IMG/VR virus record: IMGVR_UViG_3300045988_135886
Source: a virus
DNA: 64,000 bases
Direction: 5' to 3' (one strand)
The notes under the pieces were generated by a model, which worked only from the letters and a program-made list of their open reading frames with translations, made no database searches and had not been told where the DNA came from. The stretch's first letter is position 1, and each line of letters opens with the position of its first letter. Shown here in pieces: positions 27,025 through 35,537 of the stretch. Both the position numbers and the translations under genes were made by a program.

Positions 27025-28264
27025 TAACTTTTAGTCCCCAAGTACTGTAAAGTGCTTTGTACAAACTAACGCATTGAATTGCTGGAATTTCTTAAAGCTA
27101 ATTACACTACAACGTAAGTATGAAATAAAACTAAGCGTGAATGTTATGAAAATAGAAAGAAGTAATTAGATGATACAAGGTTAAATCCTAAATATCGAGA
27201 GCACTCAACACCTATAACAGGTGTTTTTATTATGCTTAAAATAGAGAATCAGCAGCCAAGATCCGAACAGGATAAGGTTCAACGACTATCTGGAAACAGA
27301 GTAGAACTACAAGCGATTGGTAGTTCGAAGTGGTGCGCACCCTCAATTAGGGTGAAGATATAGTCTAATCTTTAGTGAAAGCTAAAGGGCTTTTAGCCAA
27401 CACAGAGTAGCGTCTGAATTAATATCATTTTTCAAAATAATTATATAAGGAAGTATACATGAAAGAAAAACTATGTGGCATTTATTGCATAGAGAATATA
27501 CTCAACAATAAAAAATATATTGGTATGTCAAGAGATATAAAACGGAGATGGTCTGAACATAAAACAGAATTAAACTCTCATACTCATGTCAATCAGTATT
27601 TACAAGCTGCCTGGGATAAGTACGGCAAAGAAAATTTTAAGTTTTATATTATTGAGTTATGTGATGAAGAGAATCTCAGTGAACAAGAATGTCATTATAT
27701 ACGTTTTTATAAATCATTATCACATGAAAATGGATACAATCTGACTACTGGTGGAGAAAATACTTCTATCGGCAAATCAGTAATATCATTAAAAGATGGG
27801 GCTATCTACAATTATGTAAATGATGCAGCTCAAAATGCCAACGTTCAGTCAGCAACTATGATTTCATGGTGTCGTCAAAAACATAACTATATGTATTTAG
27901 ATGAGTATAACGCTCTTTCTCAAGATGAGAAAGAATATTGGAAAAATTTTGATTGGAAAAACTTTGATCATAAAAAATTAAGTCAAGTACATTCTCGAGA
28001 AAATCTCTCAACAACTACCCTGAAAAAACTAAGTCAAGCGACATCTGGAGATAAAAATCCAAGAGCGCTAAAAGTGTATTGCCCACAATTAAATGAAACA
28101 TTTGATTGTATAAAATATGCATCAGATAAGTATGGCGTTAATAGAGGAAGTATAACTTCTTGTATTAAAGGTAGACTTAAAAGTGCCGGTAAACATCCCG
28201 CTACCGGAGAAAAATTAACATGGGAACTAATTGAAAAATGATATTAAAGTGTTAAATATAAATG
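27025..28264 (+). mobile_element. group I intron (GIY-YIG-encoding) in the major capsid gene
   Basis: P box gaattgctggaa (27076-27087), Q box aatcagcagcc (27247-27257), R box gttcaacgactat (27277-27289), S box gaagatatagtct (27354-27366). Guide tttta-gtccc (27029-27038): gtccc pairs with gggat (27020-27024, U27024:G27034), and tttta pairs with exon 2 taaaa (28265-28269) after G28264. The join is in frame. Confidence 0.8.
27459..28241 (+). CDS. GIY-YIG homing endonuclease (intron-encoded)
   Basis: CGIYCIENILNNKKYIGMSRDIKRRWSEHKT...NGYNLTTGG. RBS aaggaag. Confidence 0.85.
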   Translation: MKEKLCGIYCIENILNNKKYIGMSRDIKRRWSEHKTELNSHTHVNQYLQAAWDKYGKENFKFYIIELCDEENLSEQECHYIRFYKSLSHENGYNLTTGGENTSIGKSVISLKDGAIYNYVNDAAQNANVQSATMISWCRQKHNYMYLDEYNALSQDEKEYWKNFDWKNFDHKKLSQVHSRENLSTTTLKKLSQATSGDKNPRALKVYCPQLNETFDCIKYASDKYGVNRGSITSCIKGRLKSAGKHPATGEKLTWELIEK

Positions 28265-28883
28265 TAAAATTTACGCAGAATATGAGCTGTTTATGGCAGG
28301 TCGTATTGACTGGGCTGGATTCGTACAGAAAATCTATGAAGCTTTTGACAAGAAAATTAATGATATGGTATATGCGGCTGTAATGGCAGCAGGTGAGAAG
28401 GTTCTCCCGTCTACACAGTTTAATAAGACAGGTACACTTTCAGCAGCTACAAAAGATGAGTTTATGACTCTAATCGAAGATGTACAGATGGCTACAGGTG
28501 ATGAAGTAGTTGTTATGGGTACCAAATCTGCTCTTGCAAAACTTTCTGCTATGGAAGATATTACTTGGGTATCTAATGCAATGAAAGATGAAAGACACAC
28601 TACAGGCCGTTTAGGTATGTTTGAAGGTATTCGTCTTGTTGAAATTCCACAGAGATTTGCTAATAATGACACAAGTAAAAAGTTAGTAGATAATACTAAA
28701 CTTCTGATTATGCCAGTAGCTGATAACAAATTTATCAAAATCTACAATGAAGGCGACGCTCAGATTAAAGAAGTATCTGATGGAAATACAAATATGGATA
28801 AAACTATTGAGTATGAATATCAGATTAAAATGGGTGTGGCCACAATTATTGGAAAGCGTTTCGGAGTTTGGACACTTAAATAA
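28265..28883 (+). CDS. major capsid protein, exon 2
   Basis: The frame is open from 28248. The junction reads SWYG-I-KIYAEYELFMAGRIDW. No SD before the listed ATG 28293. A strong hairpin follows. Confidence 0.65.
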
Positions 28884-28893
28884 AAAACTATTT

Positions 28894-28918
28894 AAAGAGG
28901 TGGAATTACCACCTCTTT
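28894..28918 (+). terminator. 10-bp-stem hairpin after the capsid gene
   Basis: aaagaggtgg / ccacctcttt with loop aatta. Weak U-tract. Confidence 0.5.
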
Positions 28919-28942
28919 AACTGATTAAAAAGGAGTAATAAC

Positions 28943-29479
28943 ATGGCAACAAGAAGAGCTGCAACAAAAACTGTTGCTACTACTGAAAATACTACAAAGG
29001 AAACAGCTCCTGTTAAAACTACTAAAAAGTTTGAACAGAACGAACTTATTGAATGTCGTTCTTTAGTGCAGGGAACATTATTTATGCCTGGTAAACAAAG
29101 TGATATTCTATACCGTTGGGATGGATATGGAGATGTTCGTGAAGTAGAATATAGAGATTTGTACTCTCTTAAATCTAGCCGATCACCATATATTTATGAT
29201 CCATGTTTCCAGATTGAGAATGATGAATTATTAGAGGATCCTAGATGGAAAGATGTAAAAGATCTTTATGATAATCTTTATGATGCTTCTGATATTAATC
29301 AGTTTCTTGCTCTCTCACCAGCTCAGTTTAAGAAAGCACTTGCTGAAGTTCCTAAGGGACTTAAAACAGCAATTAAAATTGAGGTAGCAACTAGACTGGA
29401 TAATGGTACATTTGATTCTATTCAGAAAGTACGTGCTGTAGATGAAATTTGTGGTACAGAGTTAGAAAAAATGATTTAG
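28943..29479 (+). CDS. hypothetical head/neck-module protein (178 aa)
   Basis: RBS aaaaggag. No motif recognised. Confidence 0.55.
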   Translation: MATRRAATKTVATTENTTKETAPVKTTKKFEQNELIECRSLVQGTLFMPGKQSDILYRWDGYGDVREVEYRDLYSLKSSRSPYIYDPCFQIENDELLEDPRWKDVKDLYDNLYDASDINQFLALSPAQFKKALAEVPKGLKTAIKIEVATRLDNGTFDSIQKVRAVDEICGTELEKMI

Positions 29480-29489
29480 GAGGTGTTCT

Positions 29490-29939
29490 ATGACCTCTTA
29501 TGAAACAGTATTTAAACGATTTGAAAATAAAGTTGAAGATATAAAAGTATTAAAATTAGCGTCTGATGACTGGACTGAATTGTGCTTAGAATGGCTAAAT
29601 AGTGCTATTGCAATGATTGAATTAGACCAGTTAAAAATAGAACATGATTTAACGAAAAAAAATGATGTTCTGTTCGAATTCGAGGACACCCTTACTAATG
29701 GTGAAATAGAAGTCGTTGCTTTATATATGGTCGTTGCTTGGTATGATATTCGTTTGAATTCTTTAGAGCATACTAATATGTTTTATGGTTCAAAAGATGA
29801 AAAATGGACCAGCCAAAAAGAACATGCCAATTATATTATGAGCATTCAAAAGAAATATAAAAAGGAAGCCAGAAAATATTTTAGGAATCACTCTTCCAGA
29901 AGTAATTCTTATCTGGATGGTGATCAGAATGAAGTATAA
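29490..29939 (+). CDS. hypothetical head-tail joining module protein (149 aa)
   Basis: RBS taggaggtg. Position only. Confidence 0.5.
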   Translation: MTSYETVFKRFENKVEDIKVLKLASDDWTELCLEWLNSAIAMIELDQLKIEHDLTKKNDVLFEFEDTLTNGEIEVVALYMVVAWYDIRLNSLEHTNMFYGSKDEKWTSQKEHANYIMSIQKKYKKEARKYFRNHSSRSNSYLDGDQNEV

Positions 29940-30243
29940 ATATGGAACTTTTAATGACAATCAGTTCTCTGATTATATAGAATTACTACATAATAAAATT
30001 CATTGGCTTTTAATCTATCAAGAAAACTCTTATCCAAAACTTGACAATTATTTTAATAACTTGCAATTATATATTGCAGCATTAGCTGAATTAATCCCAT
30101 CACCTTATATAATTGATTTGGCTAATACAATAGAATGCGCCAAACTTGAATTTAATAATCCTAATTTCAACCATCAAAAATATAGAAAAATAATTTTTGA
30201 TGCTCATTCTATCATAGATAAAATAGGTGATAACCATGAGTGA
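29929..30243 (+). CDS. hypothetical neck-module protein (104 aa)
   Basis: The second ATG (29929) has ggtga upstream. The ORF track starts at 29917. Confidence 0.5.
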   Translation: MKYKYGTFNDNQFSDYIELLHNKIHWLLIYQENSYPKLDNYFNNLQLYIAALAELIPSPYIIDLANTIECAKLEFNNPNFNHQKYRKIIFDAHSIIDKIGDNHE

Positions 30244-31294
30244 TATTTTCAAAAAAAGAATGGCTTTATGCGGTAATACTGTATCAGACAGTATTCGTAC
30301 TCAGTCAGACGAAATCATGCAGAAAACTTTCACCAATGACTTAGGTTACAGACAATGTAAGCTATATTCTAGGACTATGGAATACTTAGAAGATGTTGAA
30401 ATCAAATATCAGTATTCTCAAACCTATACAATCAATAAGGACCAGGTTGAGTATCTAGCTCAATTCAGACCTGGCTATTTCCCTGAAAAGAAATATATGG
30501 ACCAAGATAGTATTGAACGTTTTGGTTTTTATCTTGAAATACCGGATAAGAACACAGGTGTTCATGAGCTATGGCTTATTTTAGGGAAGAATGATAAAAA
30601 CTCTTTCATAAGATATAACATTCTTAAATGTAATTGGATGTTTAAATGGATAAAGAATAAACAAATTTATAGTTGTTTTGGTGTATTAAGAAACCGCAAC
30701 AACTACAACAGTGGCGTATGGAGCGATGGTTTCTTTACATCGGTAGATAATCAGTCACAGTTTATTGTCCCTACTACTCCAACTACGCAAACAATTGATT
30801 ATAATGATCGGTTCATGTTGAGTGATTCTATGATTAGGCCTTTAGTTTTTGAAGTGTCAAAACTAGAAGATACGTTCCCATGCGGAGTAACTAAAGTAAC
30901 GCTTAAACAGGATCATTTCAATAAAGTTACAGATAATGTTGAATTAAAAATATGTGACTATTATGACTCTCCGGTTATTCCTCAAGAGCCAGAAATAGAG
31001 GACATTGTTTTATCATGTTCAGGTACTAATAGAGCTTTACGTGTTGGAGGCTCTAAAAGAACTATTTCAGTTGCGAATGATATTAAAGATAAATCTGTCA
31101 TTTGGTCTTATGAGTTCAATGGAAACAAATTATCTGTAGAAGAATTATCTAATGACTTTGAAATCTCTGAAGGTAAGAATACGTTAAGTATCAAAGCTTT
31201 GTTAAATTATAATAATTTAGGAAAAGTAATAAAGATTATTGCTACTCTTCCAAATAAGCAACCATCTTCTATTGAATTGGAGGTGATGCGATGA
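30236..31294 (+). CDS. hypothetical neck/tail-module protein (352 aa)
   Basis: ATG 30236 with aggtga 6 nt upstream. The ORF track starts at GTG 30227. Confidence 0.55.
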   Translation: MSDIFKKRMALCGNTVSDSIRTQSDEIMQKTFTNDLGYRQCKLYSRTMEYLEDVEIKYQYSQTYTINKDQVEYLAQFRPGYFPEKKYMDQDSIERFGFYLEIPDKNTGVHELWLILGKNDKNSFIRYNILKCNWMFKWIKNKQIYSCFGVLRNRNNYNSGVWSDGFFTSVDNQSQFIVPTTPTTQTIDYNDRFMLSDSMIRPLVFEVSKLEDTFPCGVTKVTLKQDHFNKVTDNVELKICDYYDSPVIPQEPEIEDIVLSCSGTNRALRVGGSKRTISVANDIKDKSVIWSYEFNGNKLSVEELSNDFEISEGKNTLSIKALLNYNNLGKVIKIIATLPNKQPSSIELEVMR

Positions 31295-31857
31295 ATCAAG
31301 AGCGTATTGATAGATTATTTTCTTGTAGAAATGAACAGGGATTTGACAGTATTTCTTATGATAAGAGAAAAATCTTAGAGGATTTATACAAAGATTCAGA
31401 TATTATTGAAATCTTAAATAATAAAGAACTTCAAGCAGTTAATGCGTGTCCGGAAGATTATTATAATGTAAATATTTATTCTTTTTTAAAGATTCCAGAT
31501 GCACAAAGTAAAGTCAAAAACTTTATTTGTTTTGAAGTAAATGACACTGAAATTGTATACTCAAATAATATTATGGTTTCTAAACAAATTATTTTTAGAA
31601 CTATAGCTCACCAGGATGATGTCAGTACTATTTGGGGTATTGATCGACAGGATTTACTAGCAGCTTTAGTTAAAGAAAGATTTCAATGGTCAAACATATT
31701 AGGTACGCAGTTAATAAAAACATATGATTCTGGCAAAGTGGCTGAAAATGGTTATTACTATAGGAATATGTATTTTGAACAGACTGCTCCGAATGATATT
31801 CAAAATAGGCTTAAGAGTAATCGCTTAGATAAGTTAGGTCGTGATTATTATGGATAA
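31291..31857 (+). CDS. hypothetical neck/tail-module protein (188 aa)
   Basis: ATGA overlap with the upstream gene. Confidence 0.55.
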   Translation: MNQERIDRLFSCRNEQGFDSISYDKRKILEDLYKDSDIIEILNNKELQAVNACPEDYYNVNIYSFLKIPDAQSKVKNFICFEVNDTEIVYSNNIMVSKQIIFRTIAHQDDVSTIWGIDRQDLLAALVKERFQWSNILGTQLIKTYDSGKVAENGYYYRNMYFEQTAPNDIQNRLKSNRLDKLGRDYYG

Positions 31858-32641
31858 ACTTCTCATTTATTTAGGTGAGAATCTTAAAATTAATGATCAG
31901 ATTACTATTTATCAACCTTCTATTCTTGATATAGCTAAATATGGAGAAAATCATTATTTTAATGTAGTTTATAAAATATGTTCTATACCTTCTGATTATA
32001 AGTCTGAATTGTGGGATCTTGGTTATAACTATAGTAAGTTGGATGATTTTGATTTATTCATACTTCTTACTCGTGATATAGGTGTTGAAGATACCTGTCT
32101 TCTTTTAGGTGATACTATTTCATTGAAAGATATGACACCTTTAGTCGATCCGGAAACTCATAATATAATGCTTTATGATGAAAATACTGAATTAATAATT
32201 ACTCGTGATATATACATAGAAATGATATCTTTCATTCGTGAGATGCACAATATTCATCCTAAGCGTGAACGAGCTGCAAACAAAGAAACCTTACAGCTAT
32301 TAGTAGATGAAGATAGAAGGAAAAAAATTCAAAGAGTAAAAGAAGCTTCTCAAGAACCCTCTCCGGGTTCTTTTTTATTGCCTTTAATTTCATCTATGGT
32401 AAATAGTCCTGGTTTTAAATATGACATTAACAGTCTTAAAAGTCTTGGAATCTATGCATTTTTAGATTCTGTTCAAAGGATTCAGGCCATTAATACTGCT
32501 GCCTCCATCTCTGCAGGAATGTACAGCGGAATGGTTGATATGTCTAAGAATCCAAATCTACTTAAACAATTAAATTGGTTACGTGACTTATCTAATGAGT
32601 ACTCCTCTTCGAGCAATGTACGAGTCACTAAAACCGAATAA
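31841..32641 (+). CDS. hypothetical neck/tail-module protein (266 aa; alternative ATG 31850)
   Basis: Overlaps the upstream stop. Intact ORF. Confidence 0.55.
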   Translation: MIIMDKLLIYLGENLKINDQITIYQPSILDIAKYGENHYFNVVYKICSIPSDYKSELWDLGYNYSKLDDFDLFILLTRDIGVEDTCLLLGDTISLKDMTPLVDPETHNIMLYDENTELIITRDIYIEMISFIREMHNIHPKRERAANKETLQLLVDEDRRKKIQRVKEASQEPSPGSFLLPLISSMVNSPGFKYDINSLKSLGIYAFLDSVQRIQAINTAASISAGMYSGMVDMSKNPNLLKQLNWLRDLSNEYSSSSNVRVTKTE

Positions 32642-32662
32642 TAAATCAAGGAGGAAAATATT

Positions 32663-33463
32663 ATGGCAAATTTTGATTCTCTGGTTATTGATAGAGTCTT
32701 AGAAATTGTTGGTGAAAATAGCGATGGAGATTTACTCTATCTGTTAAACAATTTATCTAATGTTTCTATTAATACAACTTCTGAAAGTAAAGATAAAACA
32801 GATGCTCTTGGTGTACTGATTAAGAGATTCTATACATCCAAATCTGTAGAAGTATCTGCTGATTGTAACTTACTTTCATTCTCTATGCTGTCTCAGACAT
32901 TTGGCACAGATAAGATTATTGCTTCAAAAGAATCTAAGATTCTTGCACCAAAAATCTTACATATTGATACAACTGGCATTAAGGAATATACAATTCCTGA
33001 AAAGCTGAAACCGAAAGCTCCACTTACAAAGCTTTATGCTCTGGAAGCAAACGGCACATTAGGAAAAGCTTATACTGCTTCTACTACTGCTGCTCCTACT
33101 GCTGATACTTTTGTATACACTGAAGATAGCGGAAAAATTACTCTTCCTACTGGAGTAACAGGTACTCTTATTGCTAAATATGAATATGAGACAGAAAGTG
33201 GTGTTAAGGTTACTAATGAGTCTGATAAGTTCCCGGCCACATCTTCTATTACAATGAAAGTTCTTGTTGCAGACACATGTTCTGTAGATGTAGTTCGTGC
33301 AGCTTATATCGTATTCCCAAGTTTCCAGGTATCACCAGATTGCGATCTGACACTTGAAACAGATAGTACAATTACATTCTCTGGTGTAGCTCAGAGAGAT
33401 TATTGTCAGACAGGTTCTCCACTGTATTACATTGTAATGACAGAGGATGATGTAGAGGAATAA
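32663..33463 (+). CDS. putative major tail (tube) protein
   Basis: Strongest-type RBS aaggagg. 266 aa. Followed by a 10-bp UUCG-loop hairpin. Position upstream of the chaperone-like pair and tape-measure gene. Confidence 0.5.
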   Translation: MANFDSLVIDRVLEIVGENSDGDLLYLLNNLSNVSINTTSESKDKTDALGVLIKRFYTSKSVEVSADCNLLSFSMLSQTFGTDKIIASKESKILAPKILHIDTTGIKEYTIPEKLKPKAPLTKLYALEANGTLGKAYTASTTAAPTADTFVYTEDSGKITLPTGVTGTLIAKYEYETESGVKVTNESDKFPATSSITMKVLVADTCSVDVVRAAYIVFPSFQVSPDCDLTLETDSTITFSGVAQRDYCQTGSPLYYIVMTEDDVEE

Positions 33464-33476
33464 TCCTTGAATTGTT

Positions 33477-33504
33477 ATGCCCCGGATTCGTCCGGGGCAT
33501 TTCT
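33477..33504 (+). terminator. strong hairpin terminator after the tail-tube gene
   Basis: atgccccgga-ttcg-tccggggcat followed by ttct. Confidence 0.65.
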
Positions 33505-33528
33505 AATAAGGCAAAGGAGGAATACTCA

Positions 33529-33834
33529 ATGAAATCAAAACCAAGAATTTGTGTAACTTGTGGCACTACTTATGAGTATTGTCCTAAGTGCACTAAAGAT
33601 GCAGATAAACCTGTTTGGATGGTAGCTTTTCATACAGAAGAATGTAGAAAAGTATATAACATTATTGCTAAATACAATACTGGTGATGTGACCAAAGAGG
33701 ATGCAAAAAAAGAATTGGCTGATGCTGTTACTCATAAAACAAGATTTACTAAACCTATTCAGGATAAAGTAAATGAAATTATGAAAGAAGAACAGCCTAA
33801 AGCAAAAACTAAAAAAATAGTGACGGAAAATTAA
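33529..33834 (+). CDS. small zinc-ribbon protein (101 aa)
   Basis: ATG 33529 with RBS aaaggagg. CVTCG...CPKC. Confidence 0.6.
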   Translation: MKSKPRICVTCGTTYEYCPKCTKDADKPVWMVAFHTEECRKVYNIIAKYNTGDVTKEDAKKELADAVTHKTRFTKPIQDKVNEIMKEEQPKAKTKKIVTEN

Positions 33835-33846
33835 ATATTTTATTGA

Positions 33847-33888
33847 GGGGAAAGCCGCACTATTTTTGCAGTTTCCCCTTATTTTTTT
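33847..33888 (+). terminator. rho-independent terminator
   Basis: Stem ggggaaa/tttcccc followed by ttattttttt. Confidence 0.55.
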
Positions 33889-33900
33889 CGGAGGAATTAA

Positions 33901-34110
33901 ATGGAGATTGTAATACCTAACTTAAAAGGAGTTCCTTATGATCCTGTTCAAGCAGTAAAAATTATTGATCCAAATCAACAGAAACTCTACCTCAAACATG
34001 GATTAAAACCTTTAGATGTTTATTATAGTCCAGATGTGATTGTAATGTTGTTTGATAAAAAAGAAAGTTATCCGTATTACAAAGAATATCAAAATTATAC
34101 TTTGGAGTGA
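33901..34110 (+). CDS. small hypothetical protein (69 aa)
   Basis: RBS cggagg before the ATG. Confidence 0.5.
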   Translation: MEIVIPNLKGVPYDPVQAVKIIDPNQQKLYLKHGLKPLDVYYSPDVIVMLFDKKESYPYYKEYQNYTLE

Positions 34111-34114
34111 TAAC

Positions 34115-34597
34115 GTGAGGAACTATAAAAAAAGATCTAAATATGGTGTCGATCAAACTACTAAAGGTAAACAGAATCGTACTGTTATAGATAGAAAAAC
34201 AGAAAAAGAAGTATGTTTCGATTCTCTATTAGAGAAAAGATTTTATGAAGACATCGTATGCGCTGGATTGGACTCTGGTGAAATTGTAGATTATGAATTA
34301 CAAAAAAAATATAAATTGCAACCGTCTTTCAAACATAATGGAAAGACTATACGTGCAATAGATTATGTTGCTGACTTTTGGGTCAAATACTCAGATGGAA
34401 GCGAACGTGTCTACGACACTAAAGGTGGAATGGTTGATCCTTCTGCCAAGATTAAACGGAAACTGATGTATTATATCTATCCTGATTTGGACTATGTATG
34501 GATCACTCATACTAAGTCTACTGGTTGGATCGATTGGGATGAAAATGAAACTTTAAAAAGAGCAAGGAAGAAAGAGGGAAAAAAGGATGGAAATTAA
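34115..34597 (+). CDS. DUF1064-like PD-(D/E)xK nuclease (Holliday-junction-resolvase-like), GTG start
   Basis: FDSLLEKRFYEDIV...IDYVADFWVKYSDGSERVYDTKGG fits the S..E...pDF.v....E/D.KG pattern. ggag lies 7 nt before GTG 34115. Confidence 0.55.
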   Translation: MRNYKKRSKYGVDQTTKGKQNRTVIDRKTEKEVCFDSLLEKRFYEDIVCAGLDSGEIVDYELQKKYKLQPSFKHNGKTIRAIDYVADFWVKYSDGSERVYDTKGGMVDPSAKIKRKLMYYIYPDLDYVWITHTKSTGWIDWDENETLKRARKKEGKKDGN

Positions 34598-35102
34598 TAT
34601 TTTAGAATTTGTAAAAGAATATAAAGAGAACCCAGTAGGGGCTTTAGAAAAACTTGAAGTTGAAAATTATGTGCCGTTTGCTACTAAACGAGCACTTATA
34701 GATACAGTTATTGAAAGTATTATTGAATATGATACTTCTCTTCTTACATACGAACCAATGAATAAGCATTTAAACTTTTCTCTGACATGTGTGGTTATCT
34801 ATACTAATCTCACCTACGAAGACGAAGAAGGCCTTGATGCTTATGATGCCTTAGTATCTTCTGGTCTTTTAGATAAAATTATTGAAATGATTGGTGTTGA
34901 TTATGGAGATATGGTTGCTATGTTTGAAGAAACACTTTCTGCTCGTATTTCATTTACTAACTCTATGTCTAATAGATTAAGTGCATTATTTGGGATATTA
35001 GAAAATGTTTTTAAAGAAGCTACTCCGGAACAGTTAGATTATTTACGAAAGTTGGCTGATGTAAAAGATGGGGACAATTCCACAGTTAAGAAAGCTGATT
35101 GA
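34587..35102 (+). CDS. putative tail assembly chaperone (position-based)
   Basis: Acidic 171-aa protein directly upstream of an overlapping ORF and the tape-measure gene. Confidence 0.4.
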   Translation: MEINILEFVKEYKENPVGALEKLEVENYVPFATKRALIDTVIESIIEYDTSLLTYEPMNKHLNFSLTCVVIYTNLTYEDEEGLDAYDALVSSGLLDKIIEMIGVDYGDMVAMFEETLSARISFTNSMSNRLSALFGILENVFKEATPEQLDYLRKLADVKDGDNSTVKKAD

Positions 35103-35523
35103 CCAGGGAATAACTATTGGTTTACAGCAGTTTGTTAATGACTACAAGCCTAAGATGGAAAGAGATGCACAACAGTCAGAAGAAAAATATTATAATGACT
35201 ATTCCTCTTGGGCGGATGGTTATAGACTTTATGATTTAAAAAATATTCATACAATTACAGGCTTTGCTTATAGTCGAAGTGCAGAGCTTAGAGCACGATT
35301 TGATTCAAGCCATATGTCTGGAGGACATGGCATATGGGAACCATTGGAAGGTGATCCAGAAATAGTTTTTTCTTGGGGATTTGAAACAGGTAATCATGGA
35401 TTTCGTAAAACAATAACTCCTATCAGAAATTATTGGGAACAATATTTTCGTGCTAGAAAAATGCATGCCAAAGGGCAAGCAACAAAATTCGTTATCAGCG
35501 GATTACATTCTGTTGGTTTATAA
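35068..35523 (+). CDS. hypothetical protein overlapping the chaperone 3' end in the +1 frame
   Basis: No SD before ATG 35068. The frame opens at 35065, and the overlap contains A-AAA-G motifs. Confidence 0.45.
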   Translation: MGTIPQLRKLIDQGITIGLQQFVNDYKPKMERDAQQSEEKYYNDYSSWADGYRLYDLKNIHTITGFAYSRSAELRARFDSSHMSGGHGIWEPLEGDPEIVFSWGFETGNHGFRKTITPIRNYWEQYFRARKMHAKGQATKFVISGLHSVGL

Positions 35524-35537
35524 AGTGAGGTGAGAAA

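Noticed and set aside
19907-28264. Inteins as the explanation for the endonuclease ORFs inside terL and the capsid gene.
   Set aside because: The endonuclease ORFs have their own RBS and stop codons and are not in frame with the host exons. Exon 1 reading frames hit stops shortly after the junctions. No Hint-domain blocks are present.
35040-35110. Canonical -1 programmed frameshift of tail assembly chaperones.
   Set aside because: The downstream ORF is in the +1 frame, not -1. No XXXYYYZ heptamer lies in the overlap.
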